Assembly: GCF_963853765.1 (NCBI RefSeq)
Contig: NC_088858.1
Span: forward strand, 20,894,001 to 20,958,000
Source of the DNA: Magallana gigas
Taxonomy: Eukaryota
DNA length: 64,000 nucleotides
Reading direction: 5' to 3'
This document shows, one piece after another, positions 1 through 10,054 of the stretch. Numbering within the stretch: the stretch's first letter is position 1; every line of letters begins with the position of its first letter. Below the pieces are notes generated by a model that did no database searches, had not been told where the DNA came from, and worked only from the letters and a program-made list of their open reading frames with translations. The position numbers were made by a program, and so were the translations under genes.

Positions 1-236
1 TGGTTATGTTATTCATTAAATAAAGTAGAATTAGTAAGTGGAAAGTCAGTTTTGAATTTTGAACTGCACAGTCGTGTTCGAAAGGTCTATCTATGTATTT
101 GACACATCCTACCTAAATGACAATATCTCGGCCATTTTTTCACTAAATTCAACTTTGTGTAAACCAAAATGTTTGTGATATTCTCCTCTTTGCATCAAAG
201 CATTAAAAAGTGGCATACAAAAATATTTTATTTCCT
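1..236. mobile_element. Right end of a probable TTAA-targeting (Kolobok-like) non-autonomous element, truncated by the window edge
   Basis: Ends ...TATTTCCT immediately before the TTAA (237-240) that also flanks the next element. A YY terminus next to TTAA fits Kolobok-type ends. The left end is not visible. Confidence 0.35.
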
Positions 237-240
237 TTAA

Positions 241-582
241 GGTACCTCACTACACCTTGAAATAGTTTCTCAAATCAGCAGAAATTTACTTGATTATGAT
301 AGAAAGAATGATGGATAAGAATTATATATATCAAAGAGGCGACAAAATGTACAATTTTAGATAAAAAATGATATTTTCAAAAATGTCATTCAGTAAACAT
401 GAACAAAAGCCCCAGGTGGATTCGAACTCATTACCTGCTGTTCACAAGTCTGATACTTTAACCACTGAGCTATGACGATATACATCTGAATCGATTGATA
501 CAAACAGATTAACAAATCATTTAAATCGCCATCTTGTGACGTAGTGTCTTAAAAAGTGTAAGTCTCGGTGAAGTGAAGTACC
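241..582. mobile_element. TTAA-flanked MITE / solo-LTDR-like Kolobok-type element containing a tRNA-derived cassette
   Basis: TIRs GGTACCTCACTACACC (241-256) and GGTGAAGTGAAGTACC (567-582) match 14/16. TTAA lies on both sides (237-240, 583-586). A partial second copy is at 34660-34789. Confidence 0.8.
409..472 (-). pseudogene. tRNA-Thr(TGT)-like sequence inside the TTAA element (not a functional tRNA)
   Basis: Minus strand reads TAGCTCAGTGGTTAAAGTATCAGACTTGTGAACAGCAGGTAATGAGTTCGAATCCACCTGGGGC: A box, CT-TGT-GA anticodon loop, B box GTTCGAATC, then TTTT. The T-stem and acceptor stem are mispaired. Confidence 0.65.
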
Positions 583-1930
583 TTAAGGTAGCTAAACACA
601 GTTTCGAATAAAATCCAGGGGGTTTTTCTCTGGGGAAAAGCATGATGGGTAGGGATTTTCCTGCTATTTTTATGCGGTATACATGAAAATAACATTTTTA
701 AACTCTCAGTTGCATAATATAGTGAATTATCTTTCGAATACATGAAAAAAGTATGTAGAAAAATTTTAAAAATTAATTTTGTGAGACTCTAAAATAAAGG
801 GCGGTAACTCCAAAAACATCCCGATTTTACACATGCAGAATTTCATGAATTTTTTAGCGGGTAACATAGCTCTTTAAAAAGCTGGCGAATGTACCCTGAA
901 AATACTATAAAATGATGCCTAAGGACTTGTTCTTGAAAATGTACAGAAATAAAAATGGCTGATTTGGTTGCATTCTGCTTTTAGGGGGAGCCTAAAATGC
1001 ATGGGTGTACTGCATTTAGAGGCACCCTTTTGTCTATTTTCCGCATGTTTTGAGTGCCAAATAAATTCTAGCATTAAGTTACATATGCATTATTTTTAAA
1101 TATTTACAAAATTCACGATTTTATCTTTCTATTGATATATAAATATATATTTAACATATTTTAACAATTTATTTTTATAGGGGTCAGTTTTGCTTGCCCC
1201 TCATCTGAAAACGTCCTTATAACGTTACATATAAAACTGTGTTTTGCACCCTAAAGCCTTATTTTGTGTACATACTGATTTTCAATCCTGTTTAGTTGAT
1301 TTTTTAAAAATAATTGATAGTATTGAAAAAGACAATTTCACATGCGATAAAAAAACCAATGGCAATGAAACAAGTTTGTAGGTATTAAAAGGATTAGTTC
1401 CAAAGTTTACTAAAATATTTTTAACCAATGCATACAGGTTATTTATTAACTTGAAATTCGATAACCAAATAAGAAACAAGAAAGAAATTACGTTCGATAA
1501 TTGTAAGCATAGCTCGTGGTGCAGTGAATACCGATTTATTTTGTTTTACAATCCACGAAATTACATTTGCATATGTAGTGAAACATATGTTCATCGATGA
1601 ATGATTAATCAATAATCAATGAAACAAACTTTAAAAGACTTGATTATCTTATACACCATAATCTTATCTTCAATAAAAACAACCACACTTGTATGCTGTA
1701 TTGTGACTCATGCGCGGATCCATACGTATTAGACAGTTAGCCAGTGGTCTGAGGCCTATTCATTAAATTAATTTCACTTTATGAATTTAAAAAGTTTTAA
1801 TTTTCATGGGACGGGAGGGGGATTCGGAGAAATTCCCCCACTTAGCTAACATTTAAAAAAAATACAAGTAAATACAGGTATATCTTCGTCGGAAGGGAGG
1901 GGCGATGGGGAACAAATGTAGGTCAGCTAC

Positions 1931-2098
1931 AATCTCGATCTCTTGACTTCAGATGTAAGTCATCTTCCAGCCGAGTGTCCAATTCGTTAATCCCATTCTC
2001 TTATTCTAATCTCATCTCGTCATTCTCATCTCATCTTATTCTCAGATGAGAATAACGAATCGAACACTTGGCTAACGAAGATGGGTGCAAGTGAGATT
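1931..2098. mobile_element. Small fold-back (palindromic) MITE-like element
   Basis: Imperfect inverted arms (CATCTTC..AGCCGAGTGTCCAATTCGTTAATC / GAATAACGAATCGAACACTTGGCT..GAAGATG) surround a (TCTCA)n-like core. Confidence 0.55.
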
Positions 2099-2635
2099 TG
2101 TTACAAAAGAATATATACATGAATATAAAATTATGAATAGAAGTTCTGTTCCTGAACTAATTGTAATTCAAATAAAAAAATTTGATTCATAAACTACAAT
2201 TTTAATCATTAAAAAAAACAAATTAACTCTGACAAATTTCCCCTTCAGTGTTTTGACTTTTATTGAGACAGCTATATATAGCATTGTTTATCTTTCTTGT
2301 CATCATTTTTTATTACTAAGTCTTAATAACGTAGCCTTAAACAATGCAATTTAAAATAAAAAATATTTTGCAATCATAGCTATGAATCCCATTTCAAACA
2401 CATGCGTTTTAGTCTTCAGCTGTTGAAGTTTTGTTTTTGTTTTTGTTTTTGTTTTTTGTTTTTTGATTGAGATTAAATAACTGTTTCAATCTTGAAAGAG
2501 ATGTAACCCATTAATTGATAATTTAATGTCCCATTTTAATAAATTAACTATAAATTGTTACGGATTCGATTACTGGCTGATCATCAGTTGGTTAGAATCA
2601 ACCGATTCTGCCAATTAATCGATTAATATGATTTT

Positions 2636-3060
2636 CTACCGATTTGGATCCTGGAGGTTGATTTCCTCTGGTGTTGTGGGCATCGTCTTCCCTCGGCTCC
2701 GGTACAGCACAGACTTGCAGGATTGAAATGTAGGGGTCTGTCTGATCATGTCCTTCACTCTATCATCACGGTCAGCATTCCGCAGCGCTTCTAATTCTTG
2801 GTCATAAATTGAGGGTACGGGTGTCGCTTCATCTCTGCATCCCTTCTTCAATTTACTGACATAGAAATCAACTTTTGATCCAACAAAGTCTCCTTCATGA
2901 TTGTGGGGCCGTCTATACGACACAATGTTATATGCATGGATGTTGTGAATTAGCTGCATATGTAGCAATAGTAGCAATAGTAGCAGGACATTGCCCCCTG
3001 ACCACACCTCGAGATACGCGCTCGATCTGTGTTTGTTTTATTGATGTAAGTTATTAAGAA
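2636..3060 (-). pseudogene. Frameshifted relic of a FLYWCH/MULE-type transposase
   Basis: Pieces in three frames: YINKTNTDR.., RGQCPATIAT.., and HNHEGD..VSKLKK..TPVPSIYDQEL..PTFQSCKSVLYRSRGK.MPTTP. These resemble the FLYWCH zinc finger and the linker that precedes MULE DDE domains. No catalytic domain is seen. Confidence 0.6.
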
Positions 3061-3324
3061 TCGAGCTTCTAAACATACGTGAACTAACTTTTGTTTCATG
3101 CAATTCGAATTTGATAAGTTTGAACTACTTTTATGTAATGCCAAGGAAGAGTGTGATCAATATTTGTAGATCGCGAACGATCAATCACAATGAAACAATT
3201 GAAAATGGGCATTTCAATAACAGTTTACAAGAAAATAAGATCTAATATATTTCATGCAAGATTTGAGCTAATTGTAGCCATGCAATCTTTTTTTCACAAT
3301 TTTTTTTATAACTTATTAACTCTT

Positions 3325-3664
3325 AGCTAGATTATCTGTATGCCTGGTCGATTTTGATATTGGGTAACTGGAGCTCTTCCATAAGTGAGTAGGCTTTCTG
3401 GTATGTCTCTTGTGGTTTGGTGTCCCCATCCTCTATTCCATGCAATATGACGTTATACTGCCTTTTCTGATCTTGGCTTGTTTTAATTTTTAAAAAACCA
3501 GGACAGAAGACGCAGAACCCACGCCCAATAATGATCAAGCTAACAAGTGTGATGGACAAGGAAATGGTTATTCACAAATCCAGAGAAATTCCGTACAAGA
3601 ATCGTCCAAGGCTAACTGAGGATTTCCCTCCCGAACTAAGAACTAAGAGCTAGATTATCTGTAT
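3325..3664. mobile_element. LINE (CR1/L2-like) ORF1 fragment with internal inversion, flanked by a 17-bp TSD
   Basis: AGCTAGATTATCTGTAT occurs at 3325-3341 and 3648-3664. The minus-strand piece encodes QKRQYNVILHGIED..IDQAYR; the plus-strand piece encodes FKKPGQKTQNPRPIMIKLTS..EDFPPELRTK. Confidence 0.75.
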
Positions 3665-4166
3665 TTAAACAGTCAACTAAAATTTGATTGCGAGTTAAAA
3701 CATGATTCTTTGTACTTAATGCCTTAATGCTCATATATACCGTGTGTTTTATTGTATTATTGCCTATCATCTTATTTTTCATTTGAAAGGGGGGGGGGGC
3801 TCATCCGAAAATCTTAACGAAGAAAAAAAACCTATAGGAAATCTTAAATCAATAACTTCGCAAAACTAGTACTTTCAGGATCCTAATCCATTTTAGCAGA
3901 ACCAATCTAATTTTAATTAGACTATCATTTCCTCTAGTAAAGATAAACATGGATAAACAAGCCTAATTTTAATCAGATTGGGAGGGAACATACCGCATGT
4001 ATCTTTAAACTTAGATGGTATATGTATACATACTTTTCTTTTCCTAAATTGTTTTGCGTTGTATGAAATAAAAATTGACTGACGATTAAGTTTAAAAAGT
4101 TTATTCCCAAAAAAGGGGCGACCTTCCATGTTGTTGCGTGTCTGTTTACAAATAGACTGCTTCCTA

Positions 4167-6240
4167 AACAAGAGGTCAATAGGCCTTAACGGTCACCTGA
4201 GTACCACAACTCATACACAAACTTGTCGAGGAGTCTCACATGTGCATTTAATCAAGTTTCATTCTGGAGTAGAAAAAGTACAATATTGTTAAATGACGAT
4301 CACCTCCCTGCCTGAAATCTTTCAAAAAGGACTATGAAATCTATAATCCTAGTGAAAAACTTAAATATCATAATAAAGTGCATGACCTGATATTGAAAAG
4401 GTGCAAGACTCTGAGATGTAGAAAATAATTTTCCCATATTTGTTAACTTTCAAAATAGATTTTATGTGTATACCAGTATGTTTTCATAGATAAATTAAAA
4501 CAAGCTTAAGACGGCTATAGTATACTAATACATGTATTATTTAAAACGACCTCCCACCCCAACACCAGGGGCAGACAGAATCTCAGCTTTAAAAGCTATA
4601 GTGTAACTACTTCTCCTGACACAGCTTTTGAATATTCAATCTTCATTGACATTCAGTGATTTTGCTTAGCTAATTATTACTTTACAATCTATAAACAAGT
4701 CCATTTGTTTATTTAGAAAGTTCAAAAAAATGTTGTTGTTTCAAATGATAAAAATACTTGCATTACTCTTATGGTCATGCAATTTCTTAAATTACATTTA
4801 TATTCAATGCATGAACAAGCAAAGGAAGATAACTCCGTTATGAAGAAGCAAGGGAAAATAGTTCCATTACTGTTACAACTCTTCCTCTGAACTCTTTAAC
4901 TTGGATAGACAGCTTCATTCTTTCTCTTTTCTGAATATGAGAATTTACTCGTTTTTTTGATTGAAATTCCTGAGTAGAATAAAATAATAAGACAAGTATA
5001 CCCCCCCCCCCAGCCATAGCCCATGCCTTACATGATAGGTGACATGATAGGTGACAGATAAATGTTTCTTTTTTCTAAATATGAAGTCAGTTTTTACTAT
5101 GTGTCGGTAGATGTACGTATTTTAAACATTATATACATAAATACTAATTGAAAATTTTGGCCACACCCTGCAATAAAGCCCTACCCTTAACACTTTATGA
5201 GTATTTTTTTTTCTTTGATTGGGAGACATGAAATTTAAAATCTATAAAAATTTTGATAGAAGGCTTTTTTTTCTTTCTTTATATGCAGTCAGTTTTCATC
5301 CAGTGTCAGCAGATTTAAAGAAGACGAATTTTTAAAACATTTCATTTTTTATTTAGTGTCAACAGATTTAAAGATTTTATGCATTAACACTACATGTATA
5401 TGACTATTTTGGCCCCACCCTAGAATCAGAACCCCTAGGTAGAGGGCTCCCTGGACTACAAAATTATGAATTAAGTTTTACTTACAGGGTTGTTAGTGTA
5501 GAGATGTTAATTTTTACATTTTAAACATTATATGGATTGACACTATACATCCATTTTGCCCCCCCCCCCCAAAAAAAAAGGAAAAAAAATAAGACAAAAC
5601 CCATACTAAAGGGTACATAAAATTAACAATTTTAGTAGATGTCTTTCCTGGGTAACATGGTCATGAAGTCAGTTTTTCTTCAAGATGTGTGAAAGTAGAG
5701 TAGAGCAGAGAAGAAAATTTTTAAATACTATATGCATTATCACTATATGACTGGTCATAACCCCCCCCCCCCCCCCCCCCCTGCGGCCTTAACCCCTCAG
5801 GTAGAGGATAACCATGCATTTAATTTTTTCCCACATTTGTGGGAGTAAAGCAGAAGATTTTCTAAGATTTAATACATTTTCACTGTATGGCTATATTGGC
5901 TCCACCCTACGCCCTAAACCCAGGGGCCATAAATTTCAAAATTTTAGTAGAGGGCTTGATGGTCATAATAAACATGCATTCAGTTTTTTCCTCACATCTG
6001 TAGGAGTAGAGAAGAAGATTTTATAAAAATTTTGCTTTTTTGCATATTTGGCCCCGCGTGCGCCGCCCCAGGGGTGGTAGAGCCATGAATTTCACAACTT
6101 GAATTCCTTTTACAATAGAGATGCTTCACATCAAACATGGTAACCATTGGCGTTGTAGTTTTCAAGAAGTTAAAAATGTAAAATTGTGAACGGACCGGAC
6201 CCACGACGACGGGCGAAAACAGATAGCAATAGGTAACTTG
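4167..6240 (+). mobile_element. Non-autonomous Helentron/HINE (Pearl-like) element with internal degenerate tandem repeats
   Basis: 5' end AACAAGAGGTCAATAGGCCTTAACGGTCACCTGAG, repeated roughly 170-bp units (GGCCCCACCC.. motif), a GGAC/GACG microsatellite near 6190-6212, and a degenerate 3' end GCAATAGGT.. Confidence 0.65.
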
Positions 6241-9200
6241 TGGTGGAGAGAATCTTAATAAGATTGATTAAAACGAAGCTTTAACTCATATATTAGACAA
6301 CAAACACACGATCCTAGCTAGCATTTTAATGAAATTTAAATAGACGTGCAATTTATTGTGCCTAAAAAATGATGTTCTACAAAAAATAAAACCTGTCAAA
6401 AAACCTTGAATTCCCACATCCGACTTTCTAGTATCTATATGCTATTTACGCCACGTATGTAATTTATATAAGTATACATTATTTATATGTTTTCTACTTT
6501 GCTTTTCGTTTGTATGTATACTCAATTGAAAATAGTGTTAGTTTGACCTGTCACCTTGACCTTGATTTGCAAGATCTTGTAGAAAGGAACCACCCCCTCC
6601 CCTATTTTTTTCAGTTAAACATAATTCAATCAGAATGGAAATAAATTCATGATTTCGTATTTTTGTGAACTGATTATTAAAGGGGGCATAAATCTGTTTA
6701 ATTGGGAAACATCTCTATTCAGTAATCATGTGTCACACTGACCCCCCCCCCCCCCTCCCAAACTTTACATTCATTTCACTCACCCAATACCAGACGTAAG
6801 TTTCATCAATGTACATGTATAAAAAAAACAACGCCATGCCATTGTAATAAAAATTTTATTCAAAAATTCAAACGCAATGTTACAACACTCTTAGGTATTA
6901 CTAATGTGTGATAAGAACATGTAACTTTATGGTAATCCTTGGCATTTTGTCCCCTGTTACGTATGAATTTTTAGAGCGAATACCCGCGAGGTATAAGTAT
7001 ACTGAAGAACATGCATACTCATGTAAATATTAAACATAATGATTCATACATTGCTTTAAACATACTTACCATATTTACTCGGCAGTAATTTAATTCATAT
7101 TTGCATATTCACATATGTATGATCATAAATTAATCATGCATGATGAAGACGTGTATTTTGTTAACATGTTCATTAGAGAAGTGCATATTTACAATGTGGA
7201 CACTCTACTTTGTTAATTGTACTATCATGTGAAACTCTTCGCTTTTTGTGCACAAAAATTAACACAAGTTCAGGTCGCTTTGAAAGTCATTAAGACTTAT
7301 ATTCAACATTGATTTGATTAATTGTTATATATATTTGAATTACAGTTGTTTGTCATAAGTATTTGTAACAATGAAAGTATACATACAAGTCCCATATCTT
7401 TTGATTTTCATGTACATGTACATGCACACTGTGTGGTGGAAGAAGGCTTTTAGAACTCTGTAACATTTTTCACATGGTAGCGTTAAGTATACAAGTAGTG
7501 TTTTTTCCAATTTATAAAGGAAATTCATTCATTTTAGCCTGTGTTGTTGTTAAATGCACAATATCCATGGAGCTATAGCCAAATTTAAAGTTTGTACATG
7601 TATGTATGTACGTGCAATTCTATTTAAAAAAAAATTTAAAATACATAGCCAGATTTTCATATGGACTTCTTGACGTAGCTGTAGGTCTGTAGCTATAGGA
7701 CTAAAAAAAAATTTTTAAGGTAGATAATTTCCAGTTATAATATACTATAGTGCAAAAACTTGTATACTCATTTGAGGGTAAGTTTTTACAACTCAAGCGT
7801 GCGTCTGTCCATTTATTTCTAAATCTCATCAAAAATATATACAATAGCATGCACAAACTCGGCTGTATAATTAATCTATGAATTTGTAAATTAAAAAATT
7901 GAGAATAATGTTTAAATATGTACTGTATCAGAAATAAATGGCGCCTATACCTGATAAACATTTGTTGTATACATACAATAACTCATGCATTCTAAAAATT
8001 TTACTTTGTTGGAAAAAAGCAATTACTTAACCGATGAAGTGACGAAGCGAAAAATATATTGAATCATCAGTTGAAATCATATTATGCTAATGATATAAAA
8101 TGAAGTTTCAATTGAAAAAAAAATATAAACAAATTGATTTAGTAAAATAGCACAGAATGCACATTAATTATATTCAGCTGAAAATACAATTTGCATATGA
8201 GAGAAATTAACAGTTGTACTGCCCAGCAGTTTAAGAGCATTGTTTAAAGATAAATATTTTTTTTTTAATAAATTTAATTTTTCTTTCATAGATACTGAAG
8301 AAATATTTTCTACAAATTTTTCATCAACTCAATCTAAAAATGTTCATATGAACATGAGCCAGTTTGGACTATGTATAAATGTAATGAGTTTGAATTTCGT
8401 TTATATACCAGGGCATGCATGATAACAATTTTACGTTAAAATTGAAGAAATTTGGTTAATGAATAACACAAATAAAATTGTTTTCGTATAAAAAAAAATT
8501 GTTAGAAAAATTATACCCAGGAAAAATTGAAATCCCCAGTACACAAATCACTGAATAAAAGCTTGGCTCCATATTTGGTGAATATGAAAATTTTCGTCAA
8601 ATTCTGCGAACAAATAACCTAAAACTAACAGAAATGATTCAAAAGTACAAGACTGGTCAATTTAAGGTATAAATAAGTACTTAAAATAGTGTAAATCATG
8701 AAAAATTATCCAGCTGTATTCGTGGCATCTTAACAACGCCATTGACGAAGAGATCAAAACACTAGGCATGAAAAAGTCCTAATAAATGTTATTAAACGTG
8801 TGTTCAATCACAACAAATGTGTGATTTATGTGTAAAATTACTCTAAGTCCTGATTTGCATTGTTCATTTTCATCCAAAAACAGAAATAAAGCCTGAAAAG
8901 TGCAAAATATTTTCACAAACAAACACAACATTAATGAGAAAAAATGGCGGAGCTCCAGTTTTTGTGTTTTCTAAGGTGTTTTCAACATTCGTTTATCCAC
9001 ATCAATTTCACTCAGAAAGCGGTGATATTTCATGAAATAGTAGATCGATGATGGAAAATTTGATTTTGATAAAGAAAACAATTTGATTCAGTCAAAATAT
9101 TGAAACATTTAAGTTCAAATTCAGACTAAGTGGTATCGGAGATCAAAATATTCTCGTTTCGCTTCGATTTTCTGTTAATTTCATGTGTAACATAAAATAA

Positions 9201-9305
9201 TTAAGCTTTCAAATTGTGGGCAAAACATCTAACTTTTGATATTAGGCAATCATATTTGCATTGTTTTGTGAATAATAGGTTAAATCGTCGATCTTTTGAG
9301 ACAAG

Positions 9306-9398
9306 AAACACAAATACAGAAATACAGACGACATTTTGTCAAATTGAAGCTCGCACTGTTGGGTGCTTTCTCAGACGTCCGCGCTCGTTCTATATAAA
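9306..9398 (+). promoter_or_regulatory. Histone H1 core promoter: H1 box, H4-box-like element, TATA box
   Basis: AAACACA (9306-9312), TCAGACGTCCG (9371-9381) and TATATAAA (9391-9398), 84 bp upstream of the ATG. No CCAAT lies between the H1 box and TATA. Confidence 0.6.
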
Positions 9399-9481
9399 GC
9401 GCGCTCTGCTGGTCGGCGTCACTCGACGAATTCTCATCGACCAGAGCAGACGCACAGCTCGTTACCCGCCTGAACAAAAAG

Positions 9482-10054
9482 ATGTCTGACGCAGTAGTCG
9501 CTACCCCTAAGCCAGCAAAGGCAAAGAAGGCTGCCAAACCAAAGAAGCCAGCTTCTCATCCTAAATACTCCGACATGATCAAGGCAGCTCTAACGGCCCT
9601 GAAAGAGAAGGGAGGATCCTCCAGACAGGCCATCCTGAAGTACATCATCGCTAACAACAAAGTTGATGCTGAGGCTGCCAGTCGCCACCTGAGAATGGCA
9701 TTGAAGGCCGGAGTGAAGAATGGAACACTCAAACAGTCCAAGGGAACCGGAGCCTCAGGATCCTTCAAACTTGGAGAGAGTGCTGTCAAGAAACCCAAGG
9801 CAAAGAAGGCCGCCAAGCCCAAGAAGGCTGCAGCAGTCAAAAAGCCCAAGAAGGCCGTGACAAAGAAACCCGCTGGAGAGAAGAAAGCAGCCAAGCCTAA
9901 AGCAAAGAAAGCAAAATCTCCCAAGAAGGCAAAGGCTGCAGGTGAGAAGAAGCCCAAGAAGGTTGCAAAGTCCCCAGCAAAGGCAAAGAAGGCCCCAGCC
10001 AAACCCAAAGCAAAGAAGGCAGCAAAGCCCAAGAAGGCAGCAGCCAAGAAGTAA
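9482..10054 (+). CDS. H1: Linker histone H1, H1-delta / H1.0-like (replication-independent type), 190 aa, intronless
   Basis: Winged-helix globular domain (HPKYSDMIKAAL..GGSSRQAILKYI..LKQSKGTGASGSFKL) with Lys/Ala/Pro-rich tails. Solitary gene with no canonical histone stem-loop after the stop. Confidence 0.97.
   Translation: MSDAVVATPKPAKAKKAAKPKKPASHPKYSDMIKAALTALKEKGGSSRQAILKYIIANNKVDAEAASRHLRMALKAGVKNGTLKQSKGTGASGSFKLGESAVKKPKAKKAAKPKKAAAVKKPKKAVTKKPAGEKKAAKPKAKKAKSPKKAKAAGEKKPKKVAKSPAKAKKAPAKPKAKKAAKPKKAAAKK

Noticed and set aside
409-472. Functional tRNA-Thr gene
   Set aside because: The T-stem and acceptor stem do not pair, and it lies inside a repeated TIR element.
6840-8000. 3' UTR-like AT-rich stretch suggesting a minus-strand gene
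   Set aside because: No coding exons or consistent splice structure were found, so it cannot be supported without RNA data.
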